Positions 10,694 to 19,758 of a DNA stretch of 64,000 bases are shown one piece after another. How positions within the stretch are numbered: the stretch's first letter is position 1; the number at the start of each line of letters is the position of its first letter. Location of the stretch: the NCBI GenBank assembly GCA_009701305.1, contig WLKK01000001.1, forward strand, positions 140 to 64,139, written 5' to 3'. Origin of the DNA: Actinomycetota bacterium. Its GTDB lineage: Bacteria > Actinomycetota > Actinomycetes > Nanopelagicales > Nanopelagicaceae. Both the position numbers and the translations under genes were made by a program. Below the pieces are notes generated by a model. It was not told the DNA's origin. It saw nothing but the letters and a program-made list of their open reading frames with translations, and ran no database searches.

Positions 10694-11999
10694 CTTTATA
10701 CATCGCTTCATCTGCAGCTCGGATCAAATCAATCCCGACCGTTTTTTCGGCTACCCCAATACTCACAGATAGATATCTTGGAACTTGGTCTACATAAATT
10801 GGAGAGGTAAGGGAAAGTTCTAGACGTTTTGAAATCTCTGCAGCTTCTTGGAAATCTGCATGAACTAAAACTCCAAATTCATCCCCACCAAGTCTTGCCA
10901 GAAAAGCATTGCTTGGAAGTACTTGTTCAAAGCGACGAGCAACCTCTCTTAGTACAGCGTCGCCAGCATCATGTCCGAAGTCATCATTAATTTCCTTAAA
11001 AGAATCTAGATCTAATAGCAACATGCAATGAGTGGGACCGAATTCGGCATCATTCAATTTAGCAAGAAGTGATCTTCTATTTGCAATTCCGGTTAGCTCA
11101 TCGGTACGCGCCAACTTATGTTCTTCGTCAAGATTTTGGGAATGTTTTAATGCGATCGACATACGTAAGAAAGCCATGATTAGAGCAAGAACTGCGGGGA
11201 TAACGGCAAATTTTGAAAGAGAATCTGACCAAATAGTTAATGAACCAAGCGTCAAGAAACTCAGGAAAATCGCGAGAAATATCATTTTTTGATTAAAGAG
11301 GTGGTTTTCACTTTCTTTTTTAGAATCACGATCATGATGCAGAGATATAAGAATTAAGGCAAATATCCAACCACTCTCTATCCATGAGCCTAGTGAGTAA
11401 TCTTCATTAGCTGATATCCAAAAGAATTTTATATCTGTTATGGTGAAAGCAAGAAAACCAAATCCTTGCAAAATATTTACTAGTGAAATTTTATGCTTAG
11501 AAAAAATGGTAATTACAAGTGCACATAAAATTACATCAGAGATTGGATAGAAATTGTTTAATATATTGCGCAGGTTTATTGAGCCTTCAAGATCTGGAAT
11601 CGGCTTGAGTGCAAAAGCTGTCAAAAATGATGAGATACCAAGAGCGATAATTGCTGCATCTATAAATTGAATTTTTGATTTAGGGCTGCTGTTAGAGAGT
11701 TTAAGGAAGTGAATTATTAGAAATGGAAAAAATAGTACATAGCCAAGGTCAAGAATTATTGGGGCAGCAGCCACGCTGTTCAATGCGAACCAGCTTGACG
11801 CGGCGCTGCTTAACCCCCAGCAAGCAAAACCAACACTGAGGAGAACCTCAGCTTCCACTAACAATGTCACGGCCAAAGCAAAAACAATCAGGTTATAAAT
11901 TAGTAAATCCCAAAAAAAGGAAGGCTGGGGAGAAATTATTCTTTCGAAGGCATGCGCGGCTAGGAACCCGATGCAAGCACCTCGAACAGATAACCGCAT
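10677..11999 (-). CDS. Membrane-anchored diguanylate cyclase (GGDEF domain)
   Basis: 440 aa. About 8 predicted TM helices are followed by RTDELTGIANRRSL and the GGDEFGVL active-site motif. The 3' end overlaps the phr 3' end by 17 nt (convergent). Confidence 0.88.
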   Translation of the reverse strand: MRLSVRGACIGFLAAHAFERIISPQPSFFWDLLIYNLIVFALAVTLLVEAEVLLSVGFACWGLSSAASSWFALNSVAAAPIILDLGYVLFFPFLIIHFLKLSNSSPKSKIQFIDAAIIALGISSFLTAFALKPIPDLEGSINLRNILNNFYPISDVILCALVITIFSKHKISLVNILQGFGFLAFTITDIKFFWISANEDYSLGSWIESGWIFALILISLHHDRDSKKESENHLFNQKMIFLAIFLSFLTLGSLTIWSDSLSKFAVIPAVLALIMAFLRMSIALKHSQNLDEEHKLARTDELTGIANRRSLLAKLNDAEFGPTHCMLLLDLDSFKEINDDFGHDAGDAVLREVARRFEQVLPSNAFLARLGGDEFGVLVHADFQEAAEISKRLELSLTSPIYVDQVPRYLSVSIGVAEKTVGIDLIRAADEAMYKAKSAR

Positions 12000-12049
12000 G
12001 AGTTAAAGGTAAATCTAATTGACTAGATTGAGAAGGCCTGAATGGACAG

Positions 12050-12496
12050 ATGACCCTTTTTGGGGATAATTACGACATGGGAATGGAAATCAGTCGTAGA
12101 GGATTTATTTGTGGCGGATTGGCAACTGCTGCTGGAGTTGCAATTTCTGGCCCTTCGGCTGAAGCTGCCGGTGGCATAAAAATTTTACGAGACGGACGTG
12201 TTGAAGTTGAGCTTTCAAAATTTAAAGTTTTTGCAAAGATAGGTGGCGCACTTGTAGTTGGGAATGTAAAGGATGTCCCAACAGCTTTAGTACGTACTGG
12301 CAAAAACTCTTATCAAGGATTAGATCTGCGCTGCACTCATCAACAAGTAACATCAAAATTGGTGTCAGGTACCTTTAAATGTCCAGCGCACGGATCAGAG
12401 TTTACAAAAATGGGTGCGGTAAAAATTGGCCCAGCTCAAACTGGATTAAATAAAATTAATACAGAAGTTGTCGGTAAAACGGTAATTCTTGGTTAA
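12050..12496 (+). CDS. Tat-exported Rieske [2Fe-2S] domain protein
   Basis: Twin-arginine signal SRRGFICGGLATAAG and Rieske ligand boxes CTHQQ and CPAHGSEF. The start may be ATG 12077 or 12083 rather than 12050. Confidence 0.85.
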   Translation: MTLFGDNYDMGMEISRRGFICGGLATAAGVAISGPSAEAAGGIKILRDGRVEVELSKFKVFAKIGGALVVGNVKDVPTALVRTGKNSYQGLDLRCTHQQVTSKLVSGTFKCPAHGSEFTKMGAVKIGPAQTGLNKINTEVVGKTVILG

Positions 12497-12497
12497 G

Positions 12498-12947
12498 TTA
12501 TAAACCAGGAGTACAAGCTAGATCGCGAACCTGCTTGTTCATTTTGCTCAAAGTGTTGTAGGTATTAATGATTGTGTCATAGAGATTTAAGCCATCTTTT
12601 TTCGCTTGAGCTAACATTTCGCGATCAGCGACGCTTAGAGTCTGATCAGATTCAGTTGCTGCTGTCTGAGCTAAAAATACGCCCCTTTTAATTTTCTCCT
12701 CAGTCAATTGTGTAGTGCCTTTGTTGTAAGCTGCATTTGAGGTTAAGCAATCTGCAACCACCCAAGTATTTTTTGCATTTACAACAATCGGATTTTTTGA
12801 ACACACATATGACTTGCCACCAATTTTAGCTTTTGCGTTAGCGGTTTTGCAGGCCGCCCCAGATTTGTTAGCAGCTTGAGCGGGAGAAACGACCCCACCG
12901 ATTAGAAGTACGGTAAGTGCGATAGCTAACCCGTTACGTTTGATCAT
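12498..12947 (-). CDS. Secreted hypothetical protein
   Basis: 149 aa with signal peptide MIKRNGLAIALTVLLIGGVVSPAQA. The mature part contains four Cys. I do not recognise a family. Confidence 0.6.
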   Translation of the reverse strand: MIKRNGLAIALTVLLIGGVVSPAQAANKSGAACKTANAKAKIGGKSYVCSKNPIVVNAKNTWVVADCLTSNAAYNKGTTQLTEEKIKRGVFLAQTAATESDQTLSVADREMLAQAKKDGLNLYDTIINTYNTLSKMNKQVRDLACTPGL

Positions 12948-12988
12948 GAGCCAACCTTAACTTGAGAGCCCACTAAATCGCTGGATAT

Positions 12989-13753
12989 TCAAGTGAACTT
13001 CCTGTGAGTCTGGATTTTGCGTACTAATTTGCGGGGTAAATGTCGGGCTATAAAAACTATAACTCGATACTGCTTCCCTGAGATCACTACGGCATCGCCG
13101 CGACGAGCACCCTCCCAACCTGCTTTAGCCACCTCTGCGGCTTTTTCCCATAAAAATTCCGGCACTGCACCCATCTTCATTCCACCACGTTGATGAAATT
13201 CGGTGTGGGTAAATCCAGGCGCAAGTGAGGTAACTGTGATTCCATCCTTAGCTAAATCCGCATTTAGATACTCAGAAAAAACATTTACCCAGGCTTTTGC
13301 CGCGCTATAAGTACTTCCAGTTAGCCATCCGGCAACACTACCGACATTAATAATGTAACCACTTTTTGCATTTCGCATATTTGGAAGTGCTGCGTGAGTT
13401 AACCGTAAAATCGCAGTTACTAATACATTTAGCAAATCAACCTCTGCTGCAGAAGTATGGTTAATAAACCTGCCTTTTAGGCCATATCCAGCATTGTTGA
13501 TCAGCACACCTACGGCCAGAGATGGATTTGAAGATAGCAGGCGTTTTTCTACTAGAACAATTTCGTTTTCAACCGATAGGTCTGCAACAATTATTTCAGT
13601 TATAACTCCAAATTCTTGCTCTAACTCTTCAGCGGATTTCTTTAATCGAATCTCATCGCGGGCAACAAGAATGATGTTGTAATGCTCTTTAGCTAAAAGT
13701 TTTGTAAATTCCGCCCCAATGCCTGATGTAGCTCCAGTTACCAATGCCCACAT
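12989..13753 (-). CDS. SDR family oxidoreductase
   Basis: 254 aa with TGATSGIGAEF (TGxxxGxG), NNAG and YSAAKAW (YxxxK). Confidence 0.9.
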   Translation of the reverse strand: MWALVTGATSGIGAEFTKLLAKEHYNIILVARDEIRLKKSAEELEQEFGVITEIIVADLSVENEIVLVEKRLLSSNPSLAVGVLINNAGYGLKGRFINHTSAAEVDLLNVLVTAILRLTHAALPNMRNAKSGYIINVGSVAGWLTGSTYSAAKAWVNVFSEYLNADLAKDGITVTSLAPGFTHTEFHQRGGMKMGAVPEFLWEKAAEVAKAGWEGARRGDAVVISGKQYRVIVFIARHLPRKLVRKIQTHRKFT

Positions 13754-13844
13754 AATTTAATCTTACGAGATTTTTTCGAGCGCTGCGGTAAATAATCTGC
13801 TGAAGGGTAGTTACATTTATGAGTGGTTGGTGTAGGTTTTTTAT

Positions 13845-15032
13845 ATGAAAATAACCAAGATTGAATGCCACGTTCTCTTAGACCCAGAATATGACCCAGC
13901 CGCAACTAGTTCGGCTCAGGATGATCTTGTTGTAGAAGTACATACCGATGAGGGGATTGTTGGCATTGGTGAAACGGATCTAAATCCATGGATCGCGCGG
14001 GAGTGCATTGAGGCACCTGGTACGCACACTATGGATCAAGGTCTTGGTTCTATGTTAATTGGGGAAAACCCATTAGAGATCGAAAAACTTTGGTGGAAGG
14101 CATATCAAGCAACCGCAATGACTGGAAGACGTGGTGCATTAATTAATGCACTCGGTGCAATAGATATGGCGCTTTGGGATATTGCTGGCAAAGCGGCCGA
14201 TAAACCAGTTTGGCAATTATTAGGTGAAAAATCCCGCGAACATCTTGGTGCTTATGCTTCTTTGCAACCCGAGGTTGGATCTTTTGATGCTTACATAACA
14301 TCAATGGTTAAGTGGGCTCACTCTGCAAAAGAGATGGGTTTTCGCGCAGCGAAATTAGAAACAACTTTTTCTGGACCGTATGCAAATATGGGAATCAGAG
14401 AAGATGATGAAAAAATGACTGAAGTTATTAGGGCAGTACGAAATGCGGTAGGTCCAGATTTCACGCTGATGGTGGATGTTCAATATGCATTTGATTCTGT
14501 TGACCGCGCAATAAAGACAATTAACACTTGGCAAGAGTTTGATTTGTTTTTTGTAGAAACCCCACTTTGGGTAGATGATCTTGAAGGATTAGCAAAACTA
14601 GTTGCGGCAACTCCAATAAAGATTGCATCAGGGGAGTGGTTAAGTACACGTTATGAATTTTCTGATTTGATTAAGTATGGAAATGTTGGCGTAGTACAAC
14701 CAGATATTGGTCGAGTTGGTGGATTGTCAGAAGCACGAAATGTTTGCGACATGGCAAAAGCCAATAACAAGATCGTGGTTCCGCATCTTTGGAAAACTGG
14801 AATTTCAGTCGCAGCTGCTGCGCATTTGGCTACCGTGACTCCACATATGCCATTTTTTGAGTTTTTACCACCTGCGTTATGTGAATCACGACTCCGTAAA
14901 GAGTTGGTAGTTGATGAGGTCACCATGGTGGATGGAAAAGTTACGATTCCACAACGGCCTGGCCTTGGAATTGAATTAAACCGCGATGCACTTGAGTTGT
15001 TTAAAGATGCTGCACGAAGGATCAGAGCCTAA
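13845..15032 (+). CDS. Enolase-superfamily enzyme (mandelate racemase/muconate lactonizing family, acid-sugar dehydratase-like)
   Basis: 395 aa with AIDMALWDIAGK, metal ligands MVDVQ / FVETP / ASGEW, and VQPDIGRVGG plus VPHLW. The catalytic set looks intact. Confidence 0.88.
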   Translation: MKITKIECHVLLDPEYDPAATSSAQDDLVVEVHTDEGIVGIGETDLNPWIARECIEAPGTHTMDQGLGSMLIGENPLEIEKLWWKAYQATAMTGRRGALINALGAIDMALWDIAGKAADKPVWQLLGEKSREHLGAYASLQPEVGSFDAYITSMVKWAHSAKEMGFRAAKLETTFSGPYANMGIREDDEKMTEVIRAVRNAVGPDFTLMVDVQYAFDSVDRAIKTINTWQEFDLFFVETPLWVDDLEGLAKLVAATPIKIASGEWLSTRYEFSDLIKYGNVGVVQPDIGRVGGLSEARNVCDMAKANNKIVVPHLWKTGISVAAAAHLATVTPHMPFFEFLPPALCESRLRKELVVDEVTMVDGKVTIPQRPGLGIELNRDALELFKDAARRIRA

Positions 15033-15073
15033 AGAGTAAACTCTGTTTATAGGTTTATAGCTCTTTTGATCAG

Positions 15074-15150
15074 GTCCTCGTAGCTCAGTTGGATAGAGCG
15101 ATCGCCTCCTAAGCGGTAGGTCACCAGTTCGATTCTGGTCGAGGACACCA
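15074..15150 (+). tRNA. tRNA-Arg (anticodon CCT)
   Basis: Hand-folded cloverleaf: acceptor GTCCTCG/CGAGGAC, D arm GCTC-AGTTGGATA-GAGC, anticodon arm ATCGC-CTCCTAA-GCGGT, T arm ACCAG-TTCGATT-CTGGT, A73, encoded CCA. Confidence 0.93.
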
Positions 15151-15165
15151 CTAAAGATTCCGACA

Positions 15166-16014
15166 CTAAGAAAAAACTACGGTACGCGCCCCAACTAGAA
15201 ATACTCGATCTTCAGCATATAAACGAACAGCTTTTGCAAGAACTCGTCTTTCGATATCACGGCCTATTGCAACTAAATCTTCCGGAGTTGCAGAGTGGGA
15301 AACATGTGTGATGTCTTGCTCGATTATTGGACCTTCATCTAAATCTTCAGTTACAAAGTGCGCAGTTGCACCAATAATTTTTACACCACGTGCGTGAGCC
15401 TGGTGATAAGGCTTGGCACCTTTAAATCCAGGAAGAAATGAATGATGGATATTTATTATATGGCCGGTAAATTTTCGGCAAAAATCAGCGGAGAGAATTT
15501 GCATGTACCTGGCAAGTACAACCACATCGATTTGATGCTTCTCGATTCTTTCAATCAATTGCGCTTCTTGCTCTTTTTTAGTGGCCGCTGCAACTGGAAG
15601 GTATTCAAAAGCAATTCCATGGGACTCAACAAGTGGGCGCAGCTCTTCGTGATTAGAAACAACTAGCGGAATATCAACTGGAAGTTCGCCAAGATCACGT
15701 AAGTAAAGTAAATCTCGCAAACAATGGCTTTCCTTAGTCACCAGAATTAGCGCACGTTTACGATTTTCAAATGGTCTGATCTCTAAAGTCGGGGAAAATC
15801 GGCTTAACTCCTTGCCTAAAATTTCTTTTGCTGTTGAAAGATTTTCTGCTGTGGTAAATCGAGTACGCATACAAAATAACCCAGTTACCGGATCGGTAAA
15901 TTGTTGGTTTTCAATAATATTTCCGTTTGAATTCAAGACTGCTGTGGTCATCGCATGGACAATGCCAGGCCGATCAATACAGGTCAAAGTAGCCAATAAA
16001 TCAATTGTGGACAT
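15166..16014 (-). CDS. purU: Formyltetrahydrofolate deformylase
   Basis: 282 aa with an N-terminal ACT domain followed by the formyltransferase core (IINIHHSFLPGFKGAKPYHQA, ATAHFVTEDLDEGPII). Confidence 0.93.
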   Translation of the reverse strand: MSTIDLLATLTCIDRPGIVHAMTTAVLNSNGNIIENQQFTDPVTGLFCMRTRFTTAENLSTAKEILGKELSRFSPTLEIRPFENRKRALILVTKESHCLRDLLYLRDLGELPVDIPLVVSNHEELRPLVESHGIAFEYLPVAAATKKEQEAQLIERIEKHQIDVVVLARYMQILSADFCRKFTGHIINIHHSFLPGFKGAKPYHQAHARGVKIIGATAHFVTEDLDEGPIIEQDITHVSHSATPEDLVAIGRDIERRVLAKAVRLYAEDRVFLVGARTVVFS

Positions 16015-16053
16015 GCCCTTAAGTCTATTGCATCCCCTGTATCTGCTGAATTC

Positions 16054-18159
16054 TTAATGTGAGATGGTGAAGCGTTTTAACTGCTTGGGAGCCCACCAAT
16101 TGGCGTTCCCAAAGAGCCTCATTAAAGCTGGCACAAGCAATCCACGAACAACAGTGGCATCAAGCAAGATTGCAAATGCGACGCCAAAGCCAAGCATTTT
16201 AATTGAAGTTACCCCACCAAGCACAAAGGCACCAAATACAACCGCTAGCACAAATGCCGCCGCAGTAATAATTCGTGCAGATCTTTGCAAACCAATTGCT
16301 ACGGCGTCAGCATTTGATTTCCCAGCCTCGTACTCTTCTTTTATGCGAGAAATAAGAAATACTTCATAATCCATCGATAAACCAAAAGTAGTTACTGCAA
16401 TCAAAATTACCGAACCTGTATCTAATGTTCCAGTTACTGTAAATCCGCCAAATAGGTTTGCAAGATGACCATCAATAAAGATCCATGTTATAACGCCTAA
16501 TGTAGCTCCAAGTGAAAGCATGTTAAGCAAGACAGCTTTTAGTGGCAATAGTAGAGATCCGGTAAATATAAATAAAAGTAAAAAAACAGAGATCGAAATC
16601 CAAAGTAGCGCCCATGGAAGTGCGTCGGCTATTCCTTGTTGAGTGTCTGTGTAATCAGCGGCCGCCCCACCAATTAATGTTCCAACAGGTGCTGGAATTT
16701 CGCGCAATTTATCAATAAGAGCTTCCGCAGGTAATGAGCGCGGAGCCATGGAATGGATTGCGGTAAAGCGTAATATTTTTCCTGATGTAACTGCGTCAGT
16801 CAGGTACAAAATTCCCTCGGTAGAACCTATTTCCGCTTGATATAACTTGAGCTCGGCACTACCAAGAAACTTTGTTCCATCCTCAATCACAAATTCAACT
16901 GGAACCGATTCACGGCCAGGAAATCTTTCACCTACAACTCGAGCTGATTCGGCGGCTGGATGGTTCTTCGGAAGAACTTGTGAATCCACTTGTCCGAAAG
17001 CAATATCTTTTATAGGAGCAGCAAAAATTCCCAACCCAATTAGAGTTAAAACCAAAACCGCAACTGGTCGCCGCATTACAAAATGTGCAGTATTTGCCCA
17101 GCCGCCATGCTCCTTTGGAGTTATTGCGCTTTTCCGAACAGCGTATTTGTCAATTCGATTTCCTAAAAGAGCGAGCATTGCTGGAAGGGGAATAAGCGCA
17201 CCAATTACCGCCATAGCAACTACTGTGATTCCGGCGTATCCAAAAGATTTTAAAAAGTACAAGGGGAAAATTAACATCGATCCCAAAGTCATCATGATTG
17301 TTAGGCCTGAGAAAAATACCGTTCTTCCTGCTGTTGCAACAGTTTTAATCACTGCATCATTTACTGATAATCCTCGATGTAATTCTTCACGAAATCTATT
17401 CACAATCAGGAGTGAGTAATCAATTCCAAGACCGAGACCAAGCCCAGTTATTAAATTTATGGCAAAAATACTTACATCTGTAAGCAATGAGATCAGAAAT
17501 ATCACAAAAAATGAACCAAGTATTGCGCTAACCCCTACAACCAATGGAGTAGCTGAGGCGACCAATCCTCCAAAAATAAAGAGCAAAAGCAAAAATGTTA
17601 GTGGTATTGCGATCGCTTCAGATTTTGCTAAGTCCTTACTAATTTGACCATTAATTGCGTGTCCTGCGACGCCAGTACCGGTGGCGTACAAAGTCAGAGA
17701 GCGATATTTATTTCCATAAGTTTTTGTAACTACTCCTGCGACCTTACTTAATACGTCAAAATCGGATTTAGTAGCATAAATAAAAATGTAAGCTGCTTTT
17801 CCATCAGTGCTTTTAAGTTGTGGAGCTTTCGAATCCCAGTAAGAGAATGTTTTACTAATATTTTGCATTTGTCGTAATTCAGATGTCAATGCAATTACAT
17901 CAGAAATAACAGTTGGATCATCAACACTTCGCGATCCGGAATCGACTATAAGAACAACGGCAGGATCTTCAATATCAAAATTCTCTTGGAGGTATTTGTA
18001 AGCTTTTGCTGATTCGCTCTTTGGGTTTGTATATCCACCGCTATCTAACCTGCCAAAAGCAAGAGAGCCAATAACACCTGCAGATATAAAAATAATTAGA
18101 AAAATAGCCAGGATCCTGGATTTACGATGAACTATTACTCGCCCAAGACGCTCAAACAT
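16054..18159 (-). CDS. MMPL family (RND superfamily) membrane transporter
   Basis: 701 aa with two blocks of about 6 TM helices and two extracytoplasmic loops. GLGIDYSLLIVNRFREE and GLSMDYEVFLISRIKEE are typical MMPL motifs. Confidence 0.9.
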   Translation of the reverse strand: MFERLGRVIVHRKSRILAIFLIIFISAGVIGSLAFGRLDSGGYTNPKSESAKAYKYLQENFDIEDPAVVLIVDSGSRSVDDPTVISDVIALTSELRQMQNISKTFSYWDSKAPQLKSTDGKAAYIFIYATKSDFDVLSKVAGVVTKTYGNKYRSLTLYATGTGVAGHAINGQISKDLAKSEAIAIPLTFLLLLFIFGGLVASATPLVVGVSAILGSFFVIFLISLLTDVSIFAINLITGLGLGLGIDYSLLIVNRFREELHRGLSVNDAVIKTVATAGRTVFFSGLTIMMTLGSMLIFPLYFLKSFGYAGITVVAMAVIGALIPLPAMLALLGNRIDKYAVRKSAITPKEHGGWANTAHFVMRRPVAVLVLTLIGLGIFAAPIKDIAFGQVDSQVLPKNHPAAESARVVGERFPGRESVPVEFVIEDGTKFLGSAELKLYQAEIGSTEGILYLTDAVTSGKILRFTAIHSMAPRSLPAEALIDKLREIPAPVGTLIGGAAADYTDTQQGIADALPWALLWISISVFLLLFIFTGSLLLPLKAVLLNMLSLGATLGVITWIFIDGHLANLFGGFTVTGTLDTGSVILIAVTTFGLSMDYEVFLISRIKEEYEAGKSNADAVAIGLQRSARIITAAAFVLAVVFGAFVLGGVTSIKMLGFGVAFAILLDATVVRGLLVPALMRLFGNANWWAPKQLKRFTISH

Positions 18160-18173
18160 GGTTAAATCCTAAT

Positions 18174-18311
18174 GTGGAAAACCAAGGCGTCGAACCAACC
18201 AAGAAAAACGTTGAAAAAAATCCGCTTGCTAAACCAGAGTTTGTTGATCCATCAGAGGAGCGAGCAAGAGATGAGGAGATCCGAAGAGAGGTGCCTCCCC
18301 ATCACTCATGA
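18174..18311 (+). CDS. Possible small acidic protein (45 aa)
   Basis: GTG 18174 to TGA 18309-18311. Translation is VENQGVEPTKKNVEKNPLAKPEFVDPSEERARDEEIRREVPPHHS. The composition looks non-random and it lies in a 162-bp gap, but there is no SD and no ATG. Confidence 0.3.
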   Translation: MENQGVEPTKKNVEKNPLAKPEFVDPSEERARDEEIRREVPPHHS

Positions 18312-18330
18312 TCACTCATGATCATTTATG
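18301..18330. repeat. 10-bp tandem repeat ATCACTCATG (2 perfect units plus 1 at 7/10)
   Basis: 18301-18310 equals 18311-18320; 18321-18330 is ATCATTTATG. This creates TGATCA at 18309-18314 and 18319-18324. Confidence 0.9.
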
Positions 18331-18801
18331 AGTTTCAGGGAGCAATAGAAAATCTAGTTCGCCCTCTCGTCTGGCCTGGACAATAGCTAACACATCTTTT
18401 TCCTGAACTGCCAGCAATGCCCGCACATCTTGATTTTGAGGAATACTTTTAATAACTCTTAAATTGCGAGCAAGAGTCCAAGATTTTGCAGATACATCAT
18501 CATCAATAATATTTTGCTGCACATTAGTTGCAATTAAATCTATTCGGTCTTGTGGATGTAAGATATTTTCAGCGCCAGATAAAATCAAGGAAATTCCAAC
18601 CTCGCCGGTGTGTAGTACAGGAACCGTAATTTGTACTTTTGAAGCATCTGGGCGATAAAAAAGAGTTACTCCAATAATTACCGTAAGCCCAGTAGCAAGT
18701 ATTAATCTCCGACGTATCGAAAATAATGCAAAAACCCTTTTAATCTTTTCAATATCTTGTGAAGGAATGATTCTTTTGAGATTAAGTAGATTAATTAGCA
18801 T
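18322..18801 (-). CDS. Membrane-anchored hypothetical protein (possibly SAF/CpaB-like)
   Basis: 159 aa with one N-terminal TM helix (LILATGLTVIIGVTLFY). It sits next to the FmdB gene, where actinobacteria often carry a SAF-domain protein. The domain call is tentative. Confidence 0.55.
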   Translation of the reverse strand: MLINLLNLKRIIPSQDIEKIKRVFALFSIRRRLILATGLTVIIGVTLFYRPDASKVQITVPVLHTGEVGISLILSGAENILHPQDRIDLIATNVQQNIIDDDVSAKSWTLARNLRVIKSIPQNQDVRALLAVQEKDVLAIVQARREGELDFLLLPETHK

Positions 18802-18840
18802 CGCGTAAATCTGGCAGAGATTTAAAGAATAATAATTTTC

Positions 18841-19146
18841 TTACTTAGTGCCTGTGGATGGTGCGGTCGGAGTGGATGCTGGTGCGGGCGTAGATGGGGT
18901 AGAGGGGGTAGGTGCTGATGTAGCCGCAGGTGTTGACGAAGCCGGAGGTGGTGAACTAGAGGTTGCCGCACCACGTGAATCGGTGCGATAGAAGCCAGAG
19001 CCTTTGAAGACAACGCCAACTGATGAGAAAACTTTGCGAACGATGCCATTGCACTCAGGACAGGTTGGAACTGTTGAATCTGTGAAGGCTTGCGTCACTT
19101 CAAAAGAGTGTTCGCACTCGGTGCAGATATATTGGTATGTAGGCAC
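18841..19146 (-). CDS. FmdB-family putative zinc-ribbon regulatory protein with Pro/Ser/Thr/Ala-rich tail
   Basis: PTYQYICTECEHSFEVTQAFTDSTVPTCPECNG (CxxC...CxxC). The track ORF starts at 19152; the GTG at 19146 lies 5 nt after AGGAGG and gives the canonical MPTYQY N-terminus. Confidence 0.88.
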   Translation of the reverse strand: MPTYQYICTECEHSFEVTQAFTDSTVPTCPECNGIVRKVFSSVGVVFKGSGFYRTDSRGAATSSSPPPASSTPAATSAPTPSTPSTPAPASTPTAPSTGTK

Positions 19147-19209
19147 AGCCACCTCCTGTCAGTGCAGAGTTTAGGGAAGTGGCACGATTGGGGCTAATTG
19201 AGGGGGGTT

Positions 19210-19758
19210 ATGAAGAAATTTAAGTTGATCTTTTCCGTTTTATTGCTCATGATCTTCACTCATGCGAACCCAAATCTGGCTACAGCAGCAGAACTGACCT
19301 CCTCATCGCCGGCGGCTGGATCCTCCATAACTTCGGCTCCAAGTGTCGCAACAATTACTTTTTCAAATTCCATCGGAGATGTCGGAAATTCAGTAACTGT
19401 GATTGCGCCCAATGGAGATCGCGTCGATGATGGCTCACTCCAAATTGCAGATACTCAAATTTTAGTTGGGCTAAAACCATTAAATATTGGTGGCGAGTAT
19501 GCAGTTGAGTATGAGGTTGTTACAAGTGAAGGTGAAACTTTAATTGGTCAATACAAATTTACTTTTGTTGCCCCAGCGGTTCTGGCAACTCCCGCCCCAG
19601 AGAGTAGCGAATCTCCCACGCCTGATTTAAATAAAGAGACTGACTCATCTAGGACAACTGATTTTTTTATGATCGGATTATTAGCTTTATCAATTTTAGT
19701 TCTGGTTTTGATTTCTAGATCATTACGAAAGCCAAAGAAAAAGAAACGCAAGAAGTGA
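19210..19758 (+). CDS. copC: CopC-domain copper-binding protein, membrane-tethered
   Basis: Signal peptide MKKFKLIFSVLLLMIF, a CopC-like beta-sandwich (SSSPAAGSSITSAP...ITFSNSI...YAVEYEVVTSEGE), a C-terminal TM helix and a KKKKRKK tail. ATG 19210 follows a G-rich SD; the track start is 19198. Confidence 0.8.
   Translation: MKKFKLIFSVLLLMIFTHANPNLATAAELTSSSPAAGSSITSAPSVATITFSNSIGDVGNSVTVIAPNGDRVDDGSLQIADTQILVGLKPLNIGGEYAVEYEVVTSEGETLIGQYKFTFVAPAVLATPAPESSESPTPDLNKETDSSRTTDFFMIGLLALSILVLVLISRSLRKPKKKKRKK

Noticed and set aside
18822-19049. 75-aa minus-strand ORF with an HLRLRQHLRLHQHL periodic sequence
   Set aside because: It is an alternative frame of the Pro/Ser/Thr/Ala-rich tail of the FmdB-like gene. 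The periodicity comes from that low-complexity coding repeat.
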